DNA from: Craspedostauros australis
Lineage: Eukaryota
Assembly (NCBI GenBank): GCA_030167865.1
Contig: JALAGF010003195.1
Location: 1 to 36,820 of the forward strand
Direction: 5' to 3'
DNA length: 36,820 nt
Shown: piece by piece, positions 20,201-31,191 of the stretch
Numbering within the stretch: the stretch's first letter is position 1
How the letters are laid out: each line of letters begins with the position of its first letter
The notes under the pieces: model-generated
The model's input: only the letters and a program-made list of their open reading frames with translations
What the model was told of the DNA's origin: nothing
Databases searched by the model: none
Translations under genes and position numbers: made by a program

Positions 20201-22504
20201 ATGCCATCCAACTCGCCCAACTCAAACCAAGCCATGTCAGCAGCTGATATCAGTGTGACCCTGGCGGCGCTGAAGGAGCATGTTGCCAGCCTGGAGAAGC
20301 AGGTCCTCATCGCACAGGCAACGGAACAGCGCCAGAGCGCCGAGACCAACCGTCATGCCCATGGCAAGAACAGCTCCGAGCGCCTCACATCGCCAAAGAA
20401 GAAGTCGGCGACACGCAACCAGCATATTGCATCTTCCAATCAGAGCCCCAAGTATCAATCCAAGCACACCTCCAAGCCATCTGCAAAGCACGGACGCAGT
20501 CGCAATGCAGTCATGACTGTGCCACACCGCGAGCGGCCAACGCGGTACGAGGACACTGCGGCGATTCGTCGCGTGGATTCCATGTCTCAGGCATCCGTTG
20601 GACCAGAGGTGCTGGATGAGATCAAGCTCATGAGCGGCAGCAAACCCTCCAAGAGCAAGACCGGTCGTCGCAGCTGGTGGAATCGGTTTCGTGGATCCAA
20701 TCGCGGCAACACCGGCAGCGCCAAGAAGCTCAACAGGGGAACAGCCTCGTCCAAGACATATCCCAAAACGAAGGATCAACGCCGCTCAAGTCATGGCAAG
20801 GACAAGAAGAAGTCAAAGAGCGAAGAATCAAAGTTGAATCACTCCTCTCACAGCTCTTCCAAACCGCCACTTGGTCGTTGCGAACAGACGTCGAAGCCCA
20901 AAACCAAAGTCCCGCCATCGTCGTCGTACAATGCTCAGCGATCGTTGGTGTCAAATCGCTCTGAGCACTCCGCGACCTCGAACTCTTCGTACTCGTCGTC
21001 GACATCTCGTGCTAGTACGAGCAATCAGTCTTCTGGGGGGCGTTCCACTTCGCCGAAGCCGTCACCGCGCTTGCGCAACAGCACTGGCGAGATCCATCCG
21101 CGCACGCCAACCGCGCGCCATACAGTACGTGGCAACAAGCTCAGCTACACGAACCAGGCTTCACGCAATAGCCACCACACGTCCCCGCGCCCGTACAGCC
21201 CCGCTCCGCTCGGCATGCACCCAGACGCGCACTATCGGGCTGCATCAGAGAGCCACGTGGTTCGAGAGATCCATGCCCCTGGCTTTGACTACGGTCATCG
21301 CTCCCATTCCACCGATCATCTGATTGAGGCGCATGCTGTACCTGTGGCAGAAGCGACGCTCTTTGGAGAAGTGAAGCAACGCCAGGCCCATCGTTCTGGC
21401 AACGATGCCGCGAAGGATTCATCCCGTGGACACGGTGCTCGCGCAAGTGGCAACGCCGCACCCAAAGCGAAGGCAACGTACTTTGCGCCGTCCTATGCAA
21501 ATCATCAAGGTGGAGGGCATGCTGCTGGTTCGGCCGTGCAGGACCGCGTGTGGCAATGGGGTATCCAGTCTGGTGGGCAGGCCGACATCCAGCAGCTCTC
21601 CGGCGCTCCGCGTCAACGCAACCAAAATGCGGCACGCGAGGCTGCCAACTCGCCTTCTCCGAAGAAATGGAAATCGCCAACCCCGCCACCGCCACCGCAG
21701 ACCCATTCCAACAGTGGCCATCAAGCCAAAGGCACGCATGGTAAGCGGGGTGCATCACCAAATCGCCCTGCAGGCATCACAGGGTTCTCCAATACGGAAG
21801 ACACGCGTCATGCATTCCGTCCCAGTCCTCGATCTCCCGTGAAGTCGTCGCGATCTCGAGGCAACGTCGCTTCTGCATCTGCCTCTCCACCGAATCGTGC
21901 CCCCATCACGAATAGTGGTGCGACGGGTGGAAACCCAATGCGAGCAGCCTTGATGGCCCAGATCTGCAGCGACCAACCCAAGCTGAAACCGTCAGCGGCA
22001 CCCGTCACTCAGAACGCCAGCGATGGCCCACATGGTCAATCAGCACCAGCTGCCAATGGATCTGCCCAAGGCCAACGAGGAGCCGTCGTTGGAGCAGGAA
22101 CCAATACGCCACGGCGCACAGCAGGGCCCAAGCCATCTTTCCTGGACGAAATCCGCGGTGGGAAGCCCAAGCTCAAGTCCATTTCTCAACCACGTCCCGT
22201 TCCTGAAATCCAGCCCGAGTCGTTGGCTAACACAAGCGGAGGGACCGGACGAGGCGCAGGAGCAGGAGCCGGGGGAGGGATGAACTTTCACTCCGAACTG
22301 GTGGCCACGCTCAACCTTGGCGGCAACCTGAAACGAGTCCAAGCATCGCCAAAGAAGCCGCGCCAGGCCAACCAGTCTGAGACTGCGCTCGCTGGTAGCA
22401 AGACGCTGGCGTCATTGCGGGCACGACAAGGAGGCAAGAGTCGTGGCAAGCCTTCCTCTTCTCGCAAAGCCAGAATGCGAGGTGACGATTGGACTGCCGT
22501 GTGA
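20201..22504 (+). CDS. Basic Ser/Pro-rich disordered protein with an N-terminal coiled coil and three WH2-like motifs
   Basis: 767-aa ORF with a heptad-like ISVTLAALKEHVASLEKQVLIAQ, a PTPPPPPQ motif, and the WH2-like motifs MRAALMAQICSDQPKLKPS, PSFLDEIRGGKPKLKSI and MNFHSELVATLNLGGNLKRV. Confidence 0.78.
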   Translation: MPSNSPNSNQAMSAADISVTLAALKEHVASLEKQVLIAQATEQRQSAETNRHAHGKNSSERLTSPKKKSATRNQHIASSNQSPKYQSKHTSKPSAKHGRSRNAVMTVPHRERPTRYEDTAAIRRVDSMSQASVGPEVLDEIKLMSGSKPSKSKTGRRSWWNRFRGSNRGNTGSAKKLNRGTASSKTYPKTKDQRRSSHGKDKKKSKSEESKLNHSSHSSSKPPLGRCEQTSKPKTKVPPSSSYNAQRSLVSNRSEHSATSNSSYSSSTSRASTSNQSSGGRSTSPKPSPRLRNSTGEIHPRTPTARHTVRGNKLSYTNQASRNSHHTSPRPYSPAPLGMHPDAHYRAASESHVVREIHAPGFDYGHRSHSTDHLIEAHAVPVAEATLFGEVKQRQAHRSGNDAAKDSSRGHGARASGNAAPKAKATYFAPSYANHQGGGHAAGSAVQDRVWQWGIQSGGQADIQQLSGAPRQRNQNAAREAANSPSPKKWKSPTPPPPPQTHSNSGHQAKGTHGKRGASPNRPAGITGFSNTEDTRHAFRPSPRSPVKSSRSRGNVASASASPPNRAPITNSGATGGNPMRAALMAQICSDQPKLKPSAAPVTQNASDGPHGQSAPAANGSAQGQRGAVVGAGTNTPRRTAGPKPSFLDEIRGGKPKLKSISQPRPVPEIQPESLANTSGGTGRGAGAGAGGGMNFHSELVATLNLGGNLKRVQASPKKPRQANQSETALAGSKTLASLRARQGGKSRGKPSSSRKARMRGDDWTAV

Positions 22505-23121
22505 TCAAGAGCTACCATCAATGCAAGTCGTTGACTTGACGGAGACGCAGAGTCTCACGGCTGGAGGACGTTGAAAGAGGCCAGTCCCAAGCCAGCTCTC
22601 GGTTTCAAGGCAACGACCATCCTTCTCCACACCAAGGCAGGGGATGGCAACAGCTGTGGTCGTAGCATCATCCCATCGTCGACAATCAACCAAAACGAGA
22701 GCTCGACTGAACAAGAAGGGACTGGTTTGACTCTCACGAAACCGAAACAACATGAGTCGGAGGACGCATACCCATGGTGTGGGAAGACAAGTACGAGTAT
22801 GGATGTAAGAAAAAGAACAGTCGATAGTAAAAGGAATAAGATTAGTAGTGAAACCCGAAAAGACAGCAACAAAGCCAACCTGTCATGTGGGCAGTGATCT
22901 CTTGTGCCACGTAGCACTCGTAGACAGCACCTGTGGTTTCATTCAGGACTGTGGCGACCTCGGACGCACATCCGTTTCTCAAGCATGCTCTTGATCATAT
23001 GACACTCGATTGACTTGCAATTCTGTTCAATGACAATGGTATCCTTCGTTCGCTCGACTCGACTCTATCCGACCCTGCCTCTATTCTACACAAGTACGAG
23101 TACGAGTACAGCAACATAGAT

Positions 23122-26070
23122 CTAACGTCGCTTATACTTGCTCTTTGACTTGAATCCGTGCACGGATTTCTTCTTGGGCTTCTTCCTCCCATCCTTCATT
23201 GGATCGTAGCCGCGGAAGCCGAAGCTGCTGCTGGGCCTTTCGTTCGCTGCCGTCTTGCTCGCGAATGTCACCTGCTCCTCCATGAACAGGGTATCATCGC
23301 CGGCCGCCTTCTTGCTCTTCTTTCGTTTCTTCTTCATCTCTGCTTCAAGATCAGCGTCGTACAGAGACTGTTCGTATCGCTCGTGCTCCTTTGCCTGAGC
23401 CTGCTTCTTTTGTGCCTTCACGGACAGTTTGGAAGACGGAATTCTAGACTTTGGTGCTCCGCTTTCGCCATCATTATCGTCGTCGTTGCCGTAGTCGTCA
23501 CCACTGTCGTAGTTGCCCTCGGCACGTTCTCGCTCTTCCTGCTCGGCCAGATCTTCCTCCAGCATAGAACGCGCTTCGCGGGCGCGCCGTTTCTTTCTGG
23601 TCATTCGATGCAACCCTGATTCGCCCTTCTCCTTGATCATTTTGGCTTGCTCGGTGGCTGCCTCCCTGGTCTGCTGCTTTTCACGTTCGGTGGCGAACCA
23701 CTCTCGCTTCGGCCTGGAATTGATCTCGTTCTTGTGCTCGATGATGTTCTGAGCTCTCATGACTTCCATCTCGGCCAGACGATCCATCTTGGCGATGGCC
23801 TCCGCCTGCAGCACCTCCCTGATGTGAGATTCCAACGATTGGATCTTGGCGACGAAGTGGCTGATGACACCGGGCGGAATGGTGCGCGAACGAATGATTC
23901 CCGACGTCGCCTGCGATGCCTTGCCGTTCTTGCCTTGCTCCCCCTTGGCCTTTTGTGCCGCATCCTTCATGATGTCCTTCATGAGGTATCGCCGACCTTC
24001 TCCGATCAACGTGCAGCTCCTTCCTCCGCGTCCAGCGCGCGCTGTTCGTCCAATGCGATGGATGTAGGTGGCGACTTGCGAAGGCATCTCGAAGTTGATC
24101 ACCGCCTGGACGTGATTGATGTCGAGACCACGAGCTGCCAGGTCGGTGGCCAGGAGGACGTCCACTTCACCCTTGCGGAATTTCTCCAAGGCTTCCAAAC
24201 GTTGAGTCTGGGTGAGGTTGCCATGCAGCTCGGCACATTTGATGCCACACAGGCCGCACACGATCATCATGCGATGTGCCAGCGCCTTGGTATCAAAGAA
24301 CACGATCGAATGGTCCTTGTATGTGCGAGTGAGCAGTGCAAGCAGCATGCCCTCGCGGTTGATGCCTTCGTTGCCGGCGCGGATGCGGATGAATTCTTGT
24401 TCGAGACGCGGTGCCACCTCCAGCTCCTTCGACTTTGAGTCCTTGTTGCTAATCTTGACACGCACTGGTCGCTTCAAGCTGAGCCTGATCAGATCGTCTA
24501 CCTTGGTGTTCATGGTGGCACTGAAGAGCAAGGTTTGGCGTTCCTTGGGGCATGCATCGATAATCTCGGTGACCTCTTCCTGAAAGCCAAGATCGAGCAA
24601 TCGATCCGCCTCGTCGAGGATGAGGAACTCCACATCGTCGATGTCAACACCCTGGGAGTTCATGATGTGGTCCAGCAGTCTGCCGGGTGTCGCAACCACG
24701 ATCTGCGGCCGCGCGCGCAGCTCGGCAATTTGAGAGTTGACATTCTTGGACCCTCCAACGATCAACGTCGATTGGATCTTTGTGAATTGTGCCAGCGTGG
24801 ACAGCATACCCAGACATTGCGCAGCGAGTTCACGAGTGGGTGTGAGAACGATCGCCTTGATTCGACCGACCGGGCGGTGCAGGATGCGCTCCATGATTGG
24901 CAATAGGAAGGCCGCCGTCTTTCCGGATCCCGTGACAGCGCTGGCGCAGATATCCCTGCCTGCCAATGCGACGGGGATGACGGATGCCTGGATGGGCGTC
25001 GGCTTTGTGAAACCCATGGATGCAACTCCTCGGAGGATGGGACGGGACAGTGGCAGTTGCGAAAACAGCTCGATTTCGTCATCGTTGTTGACAGCTTGAG
25101 AGTCGAAGAACTTGGCAGCCTTGGCCGCTTCTTCCACGTCCTCGTCGCTACTGTCATCATCGCTGCTACCATCGCTTCCACCCTCCTCGTTGGAACTGTT
25201 CTCGCCGCTGTCGGCATCGGAGCCTGATTCCGATTCATTGCTCGTCTCTTTGCCTTTCTTTTTCTTTGATTCCTCGTTGACCATCCTTGTTGTGAGTACA
25301 TCGTCCTCCATGTCCTCGCGATCGGCATCATCAACTTCGTCATCGTCGTCGTCGTCATCATCATCAGAGCTGTCACCCGAACTGTCACCCGAACTTTCTT
25401 CCTCCGAAGTTTCATTCTTGTTTGCTTCGCCTTCTTCAATATCCATTTCGTCATCGTTGTCATCGTTGCCTTCACTGCCACTGCCGTCCTCCTCGTCATC
25501 CATGCCCTTCTTCTTGAGACTGCGACGTTTGGCTTCAATGATCGAGGCGATGTCCATCCTGGGATTCGCTGCGGCGAGCTTGCTCTTTCCTTTTTCTAAA
25601 TTCTCCAATGCCTTCTCGTACGACCAACCAGCTCCTACGGAGGAACTTCCACCGACCAACCCTGAGACGAGTCCTCCATCTTCGCCCTGGCGTATACATG
25701 AGGAAAAGCGATTCATTTTATTGATGCATGCGAGAGATTCATTGAGTGATTGAGAGATAGGGCGTCCATACTGTTGCAGTTGACAAGCAATGAACAGTTG
25801 ATAGCCTCGGTTTGGGTTGTTGGCCTCTGGAAGACACCACCAACGACAGTAGCGGCAGTGAATGGCACATCCATCAATCCATCAGTGCAATCTTACCATG
25901 ATGCCACCGAACTCGAAGTCTTCGTTGAGCTGATCGTATGCATTCTCCTCTTCATCATCGCTGTCGTCCGCGTAACGGTCCTTCTTTTTCTTCGTGGTGG
26001 TCTTCGTCTTCTTCGTGCTGCTGGCATTGTCCTCTTCATCCGAGGACAACGATGGCAGGAGGGTCGCCAT
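23122..26070 (-). CDS. DDX27: DEAD-box RNA helicase DRS1/DDX27 (60S biogenesis); 2 exons (26070-25897, 25686-23122)
   Basis: Motifs: Q motif (GFTKPTPIQ), AVTGSGKT, PTRELA, TPGRL, DEAD, SAT, ARGLD and HRIGRTARAGR. The acidic N-terminus, SRPKREWF and HGFKSKSKYKRR tail are DRS1-like. The phase-0 intron 25687-25896 (GTAAGA...CCAG) joins exon 1 (MATLLPSLSSDEED...DFEFGGIM) to GEDGG. The ORF-track start at 25716 lies inside this intron. Confidence 0.95.
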
Positions 26071-26586
26071 GGTGACTGTTGCGACGAGTGCTCCAAACGT
26101 GAGGGATCGGCACAGATTGTCCAAGCAACGGTGTCTTATCTGAACTGCGGATCCGTCGGAAGACGAAGAGAGTAGGAAGGATGTGCGCCCGCGCCAGCTG
26201 TGAAACCGACGTTCGATCCTGTTGTTGTGGGTATTTCGGGTGGTGACTTGTGATGGGATTTCAGACAGCCATGTTCCCATTTTTCCACCACCAAGAATCT
26301 GTTGGTGTTGGTGGTAACTTGACACGAGCGAACGACAGACACATCCCCGACTCAAAAAATGAAACTGTCCCATTGGAAAAACACAAGACGGATGCCCGCG
26401 TGATGAAGACAGGCAGAATCCATGTACTATGACCATTCCACCAGGAGGGTACACACGCGTAGATACGCAGTGAAGTCTCTGCAAGCTGATGTATCGGGTC
26501 GAATGCCCTCCATTTGATGCATGTACTACGGAGAGAGTAGAGAAGGGAATTGTAGTGACACTCGTGTACTCTACAGAGTAGGAGTT

Positions 26587-27336
26587 TCAGTCGTAAAAAT
26601 CGGGCACCCGATCCGCATTGAAGAAGATGGGCGTCCACTTGGCGGATTGCATTCGTTCTTGGTCGGCCGACGGCAGCCCGAGGATTCGACCGATCTCCTC
26701 CACTCGCCGTCTCTGATCCATGTTCCCGTTGATGCAGTTCTTCTTGAGACAGAACGGTGGCGGCGGCAGCGTCACTCGTGATTCGCAACGGAGATTGACG
26801 ATGCCATCGACGAAGAGCAGCTCTATGTCATCCAAGGACCCCGGCGCGGTTCCTGGCACCGAAAGGTGTATGTAATACTCCTTCGGCCGCACTTCCACCA
26901 GATCCACGTTCTTCAGGTCCTTCACGGCGCGTTGGAAGGCGATGGCCGGATCGTTGACGAGGCGCAGCGGCGACATGTACCTATTCGGTGGCTCCAAGTA
27001 GTTGCTGGACACGCAGTTGCTTTGGTATGGGCATGACACCAGTCTCCCACTGCTTGCGTCGTACCCCGTATCGGCATGCGATGCGTCACCGTCGCTGAAC
27101 ACCAACGTTGCGATCGTCAAACCGCTTGCGAGTGCGCGCGTCACTGGCGGTGGCAGATGTGGCAATGGGATTTCGAAGGACGCAACGCGCGGCGGGATCA
27201 TCCACATGCACAACGATATCGACATTGATTTCCATAACCATGACCGCATCCGCGTCGACAAGCTCCTAATTGTTGATGTCATCTTGCTCATTCGTTGGTC
27301 GTCACTCGGTTCGTTGCATTTCTGATGGTCTTCCAC
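26587..27336 (-). CDS. DUF1499-family protein, probably plastid/thylakoid-targeted
   Basis: Motifs LVSCPYQSNCVSS, YYIHL, DDIELLF, VNLRCESR and NMDQRRRVEEI. The N-terminal signal-like segment ends in VAS|F. The true start may be a downstream ATG such as 27249. Confidence 0.8.
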   Translation of the reverse strand: MEDHQKCNEPSDDQRMSKMTSTIRSLSTRMRSWLWKSMSISLCMWMIPPRVASFEIPLPHLPPPVTRALASGLTIATLVFSDGDASHADTGYDASSGRLVSCPYQSNCVSSNYLEPPNRYMSPLRLVNDPAIAFQRAVKDLKNVDLVEVRPKEYYIHLSVPGTAPGSLDDIELLFVDGIVNLRCESRVTLPPPPFCLKKNCINGNMDQRRRVEEIGRILGLPSADQERMQSAKWTPIFFNADRVPDFYD

Positions 27337-27822
27337 CTCACGTTGTTGTGTGTCTTCGAGGCGATTTTCGCGCGGTTTGTGCGGTCAGCAACAGCACACA
27401 AGAACACAGACCGGAGCGAGAAGTGGCGCGAAACTTTGAGAAGCGCAAAGACGGACAGACGCCTCATCCATCCAAACAGAAAACTAGTACTGACAAAGGC
27501 GTTGTGTGTTGCAATCGTGGTGGTCAACCAATCGAAATCGTGGTTGAGCACAACCTTGCACGACTGAAATTGGCGCGACGAATCTTCTTGACATCAACGA
27601 AACTGCCTCCACCGTGATCTTGTGCAGCATCAGCATCACCTGTCACCCTTGTTTTGTGTGTTGGGCCACTGAGGTTGTTGGCTTTGTTGTGATTGTTGTT
27701 GTTGTTGTCTCACGCGAGGCACCATAGACTTCCAGCTCCACTATTCGCAGCTGTTCCAACAGTGGCCACCATCGCATGCACACTCACACGCTGATCCAAG
27801 TTGACAGCAGCATGCACTGGAT

Positions 27823-30800
27823 GTGTTCTGTGACACAAAGAAGGATCGGCAGATGGCAATGATGGACAAGCATGAGCATGACCCAAGTATTACAGCGAGG
27901 ATTGGGAGACGAAGGAGCACGACGACCAGGCGTGCGAACACTGGTGCAAGGAATGACGCGCGGAGGATGACCCTGCGCAGGGTGGAAGTGCTGCTTCCCA
28001 TCCTCACCATGATCGGGCTGTATTGGTTCTCTACCTCCTTCTTTCTCGCCAAGCGCAGTCTGCCGCAGACATCGACGTGCGACGAAGCACCGGAGTTGCT
28101 GCGATCGATCTTGGGTCTGTCTTTGGAAGAAAGCCAAGCCGCATTGCTTCGGCCAACGACGAACGATGATCATCACCCACACCTGCAGCAGCAGCAGCAG
28201 GAACAGCAGCAACAATCGACAGGCTGCTGGCTGGATCGACGCATAGATTCACTCGTCATCCTGGTCGTGGATGCATTGAGATTCGACTTTGCGCAGCATC
28301 ATCTCCCCATGTCGGTGGGAGCACGGTTGAATGCCACGCGCGACGCAGCGACTACTTCCACGACATCGTCTCAACTGCTGCAGTTCGTTGCGGACCCACC
28401 AACAGTCACGATGCAGCGTCTCAAGGGCTTGACGACAGGCAGCCTGCCCACCTTTGCAGATATATCCGGCAATTTCGGCGGATCCACCGTGGATGAAGAC
28501 TCGTGGGTGCAGCAGCTCAAGAGCACCCCATTTCAAAGGCGCGGGCTGTCGCATCCGTCGAGGTTGGGATTCGTGGGTGATGACACGTGGGTGGACCTGT
28601 TCCCCACACAATTCGAGGTGTGCTACCCACTCCCGTCCTTCAACACGAGGGATCTCAACACGGTGGACGATGGCTGCCTGGAAAAGCTGCCGTCGTTGTT
28701 GGAGAAGCTTCGGATGCGCGGGAGTGTTGATGTCGACAACGGTGACGGCAATGACGAGGATGCGCTGGAAGTGATCGTGGCGCACTTTCTGGGGGTGGAC
28801 CACGTGGGGCATACCTACGGACCGCACAACTACCACATGGATGACAAGCTGCGGCAGGTCGATGCCGCGCTGGCGACGACGCTCGAGATTCTGGATGAAT
28901 CGGAGAGCTGCCACATGGCGCTGATATTCGGCGATCATGGAATGACGGAAGATGGGAATCATGGTGGCGGGACGGATGATGAAATCAACGCGGCTCTCTT
29001 TGCTCACTTCTCTCCAGCATGCGGTGCGATGCCCATCGATTCAACACCGCAGATGGGAAGCTCGTACATTCAGGACATCTTCCAGTCCATCCATCAAATC
29101 GACCTCGTGCCGACCATCTCAGTTCTGCTCGGATTGCCCATTCCGTATGCGAACCTGGGCGGCATCGTGCCGTCGCTGCTTGGCGCGGAAGACATACGGC
29201 AAACGGCCGCAGCACTGGCGTTGAACGCGGCGCAGCTTTGGAGGTACTTCACGGTGTATTCCAGCACAGCGAACAAGCTACCCAGCCTCCCAGAGCTCGA
29301 ACAGCATCTGCGCACGGCGGTGCATAAGTACCAGCAGGCCCTGGCCCACTCCGACGCCGAGGACTCCATCGCGTACTACGAAGCGAGCGGTCTGTTCAAG
29401 GTCTTTCTGGTGGAAGCGTCCGAGCTTGGTCACAGAGTTTGGACTCGCTTCGATTCAACGGGGATGGTGGCAGGCGCGGCAATCCTCCTTGCTGGTTTGG
29501 TCGCCGCTTGCTTGGTCCTGGCGATGTCGGTTCCAGCCATCACCTTACCAACGGCACAGATGATGGAGGTTGGGCTCGCGACGATCTTCGTCTTCTTCCA
29601 AAGCGCCGTGCTGACCTTCAGCAACAGCTACATTCTGGCGGAACAGAGCATCGTGATGTTCATGCTGTCGATACTGGCTTTGGCGGTGTGCGTGCGGTAC
29701 CGAGACGGAAGCAATGCCACCGTAAATGCCACAGCCGCTGGCCATGCTCCATATCAAGGCCGTCATAATTGGAGGGAGCTGCTGCCATTCACGCTGCCAG
29801 TGATGTCCCGCATGGGCGAATGCCTCATCACAGGACACGGTCTGGATTCATCCATTCGACTGCATGCGGCACACAACAGCGTGTTCTTCTTGACAAGTCT
29901 ATCCGTGTTGGGCTTCTTCCGTGTGCGGCTGTTCCGCTCCTCCCCCGCTCTTGCGACATCCACAGCCCGCTACCACGCGGCGTTGGATTGCATAGTCCTT
30001 GCCCTCGTCGCAATTGGTTGGATCGAAAAGCGCGACGCTGATACCTCACGGAATGGATACTCGTGGATGAGCGCTGCCATCTTCCTTCTGCTGCTGTCCA
30101 TTCCGCTCGCAATCTTCGAATCGATTCAGACGAAACGATCGGCGGCAGTTGCAGCGGCAGCCATGCCAACACCAGCGGCGAACTCCAAGCCAGCCGAGAC
30201 AACAGCGACGAGGACGGCTTCGTTCATGGTCGACGCAGCTCTCATTTCGAAGATCTTGATCTTCATCATGGTGGTCACTGGTCCATCCACAGCATCCACG
30301 CTGGTGTTGTTTTCCATTCAGACATCCGTATGGTTCATGCTCGTTGCGGAGAAAGGTCGATTCGTGGTGAGTAGTGCGCTCGGACGGTATTTCATTGGAC
30401 TGCATTGTAGTGCACTGCATTGGCGCTGCATGGAATACATTGCTTAAGTTTCTGTCTCTCACTTCAAGCGATATTGGTGTTCATCTGTCATATCACGCGC
30501 AAACAATTTGCACCAAACGAATGAACACAATCTACCCATTCTGCCGCATTATTCTACTCTTATGACGACGCACAACCCGCACCAGATATCGACGATGGTG
30601 TTGGCGATACTTTGGCGTTTTGTGGTGCGCCACACCTTCTTCGCAACGAACCACGCCTGCGCCTTCAGCCGGTTGCAGTACTCGGCTGCGTTCGTTTCCA
30701 CCATGGAATTCAACTTTGCTCTGGGTGGCACCCATCTCTTCCTGAATACATTTGGTTGGGAGGTGGTTGGGATGATGATCGTTCGCATGACGGCGACGTG

Positions 30801-30993
30801 GAGCAGGCGGGAGAGCCTGTGGAGATGGTACGGCCTCTTCCAGTTGCTGGAGACGTCAGCGAATTGCATCTCCGTGAGCCTCCTGAGACGGCATCTGATG
30901 GTGTGGGCCATCTACGCTCCTCGGTTTCTCTTTTCGAGCATCTTTCTCATTCTGCACGAGACTGCTCAACTGGTCTCGCTGCTGGTGTCGTGA
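27823..30993 (+). CDS. PIGO: GPI ethanolamine phosphate transferase 3 (PIG-O/GPI13); 2 exons (27823-30366, 30586-30993)
   Basis: Motifs VVDALRFDF, ADPPTVTMQRLKGLTTGSLPTF, FVGDDTW, HFLGVDHVGH, GDHGMTEDGNHGG and QIDLVPT. The multi-TM C-terminus ends LRRHLMVWAIYAPRFLF. The phase-0 intron 30367-30585 (GTGAGT...CCAG) restores the frame. Confidence 0.94.
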
Positions 30994-31191
30994 GCAGAAC
31001 TTGGTTGCTGCAATTCTAAGGATTAGCAAGGAATAGCAACACTCCATTCTGCTGTGCTATGCTCTACATACACTTGCGGGCATACAACTACGGGTGCTAC
31101 GGTTTACTACTGCACGGATAGGATTGGACTACGTGATGCTGCCCCGAAGGTTACGCCGCAAGGCAAAGTGCGATGCGCCGATTACCCATCT

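Noticed and set aside
22571-22897. 108-aa ORF downstream of the WH2-motif gene
   Set aside because: Non-ATG start, no motif and no convincing splice link to the upstream gene; probably 3' UTR or intergenic.
25112-25753. Poly-Ser plus-strand ORF
   Set aside because: Antisense to the acidic N-terminus of DDX27.
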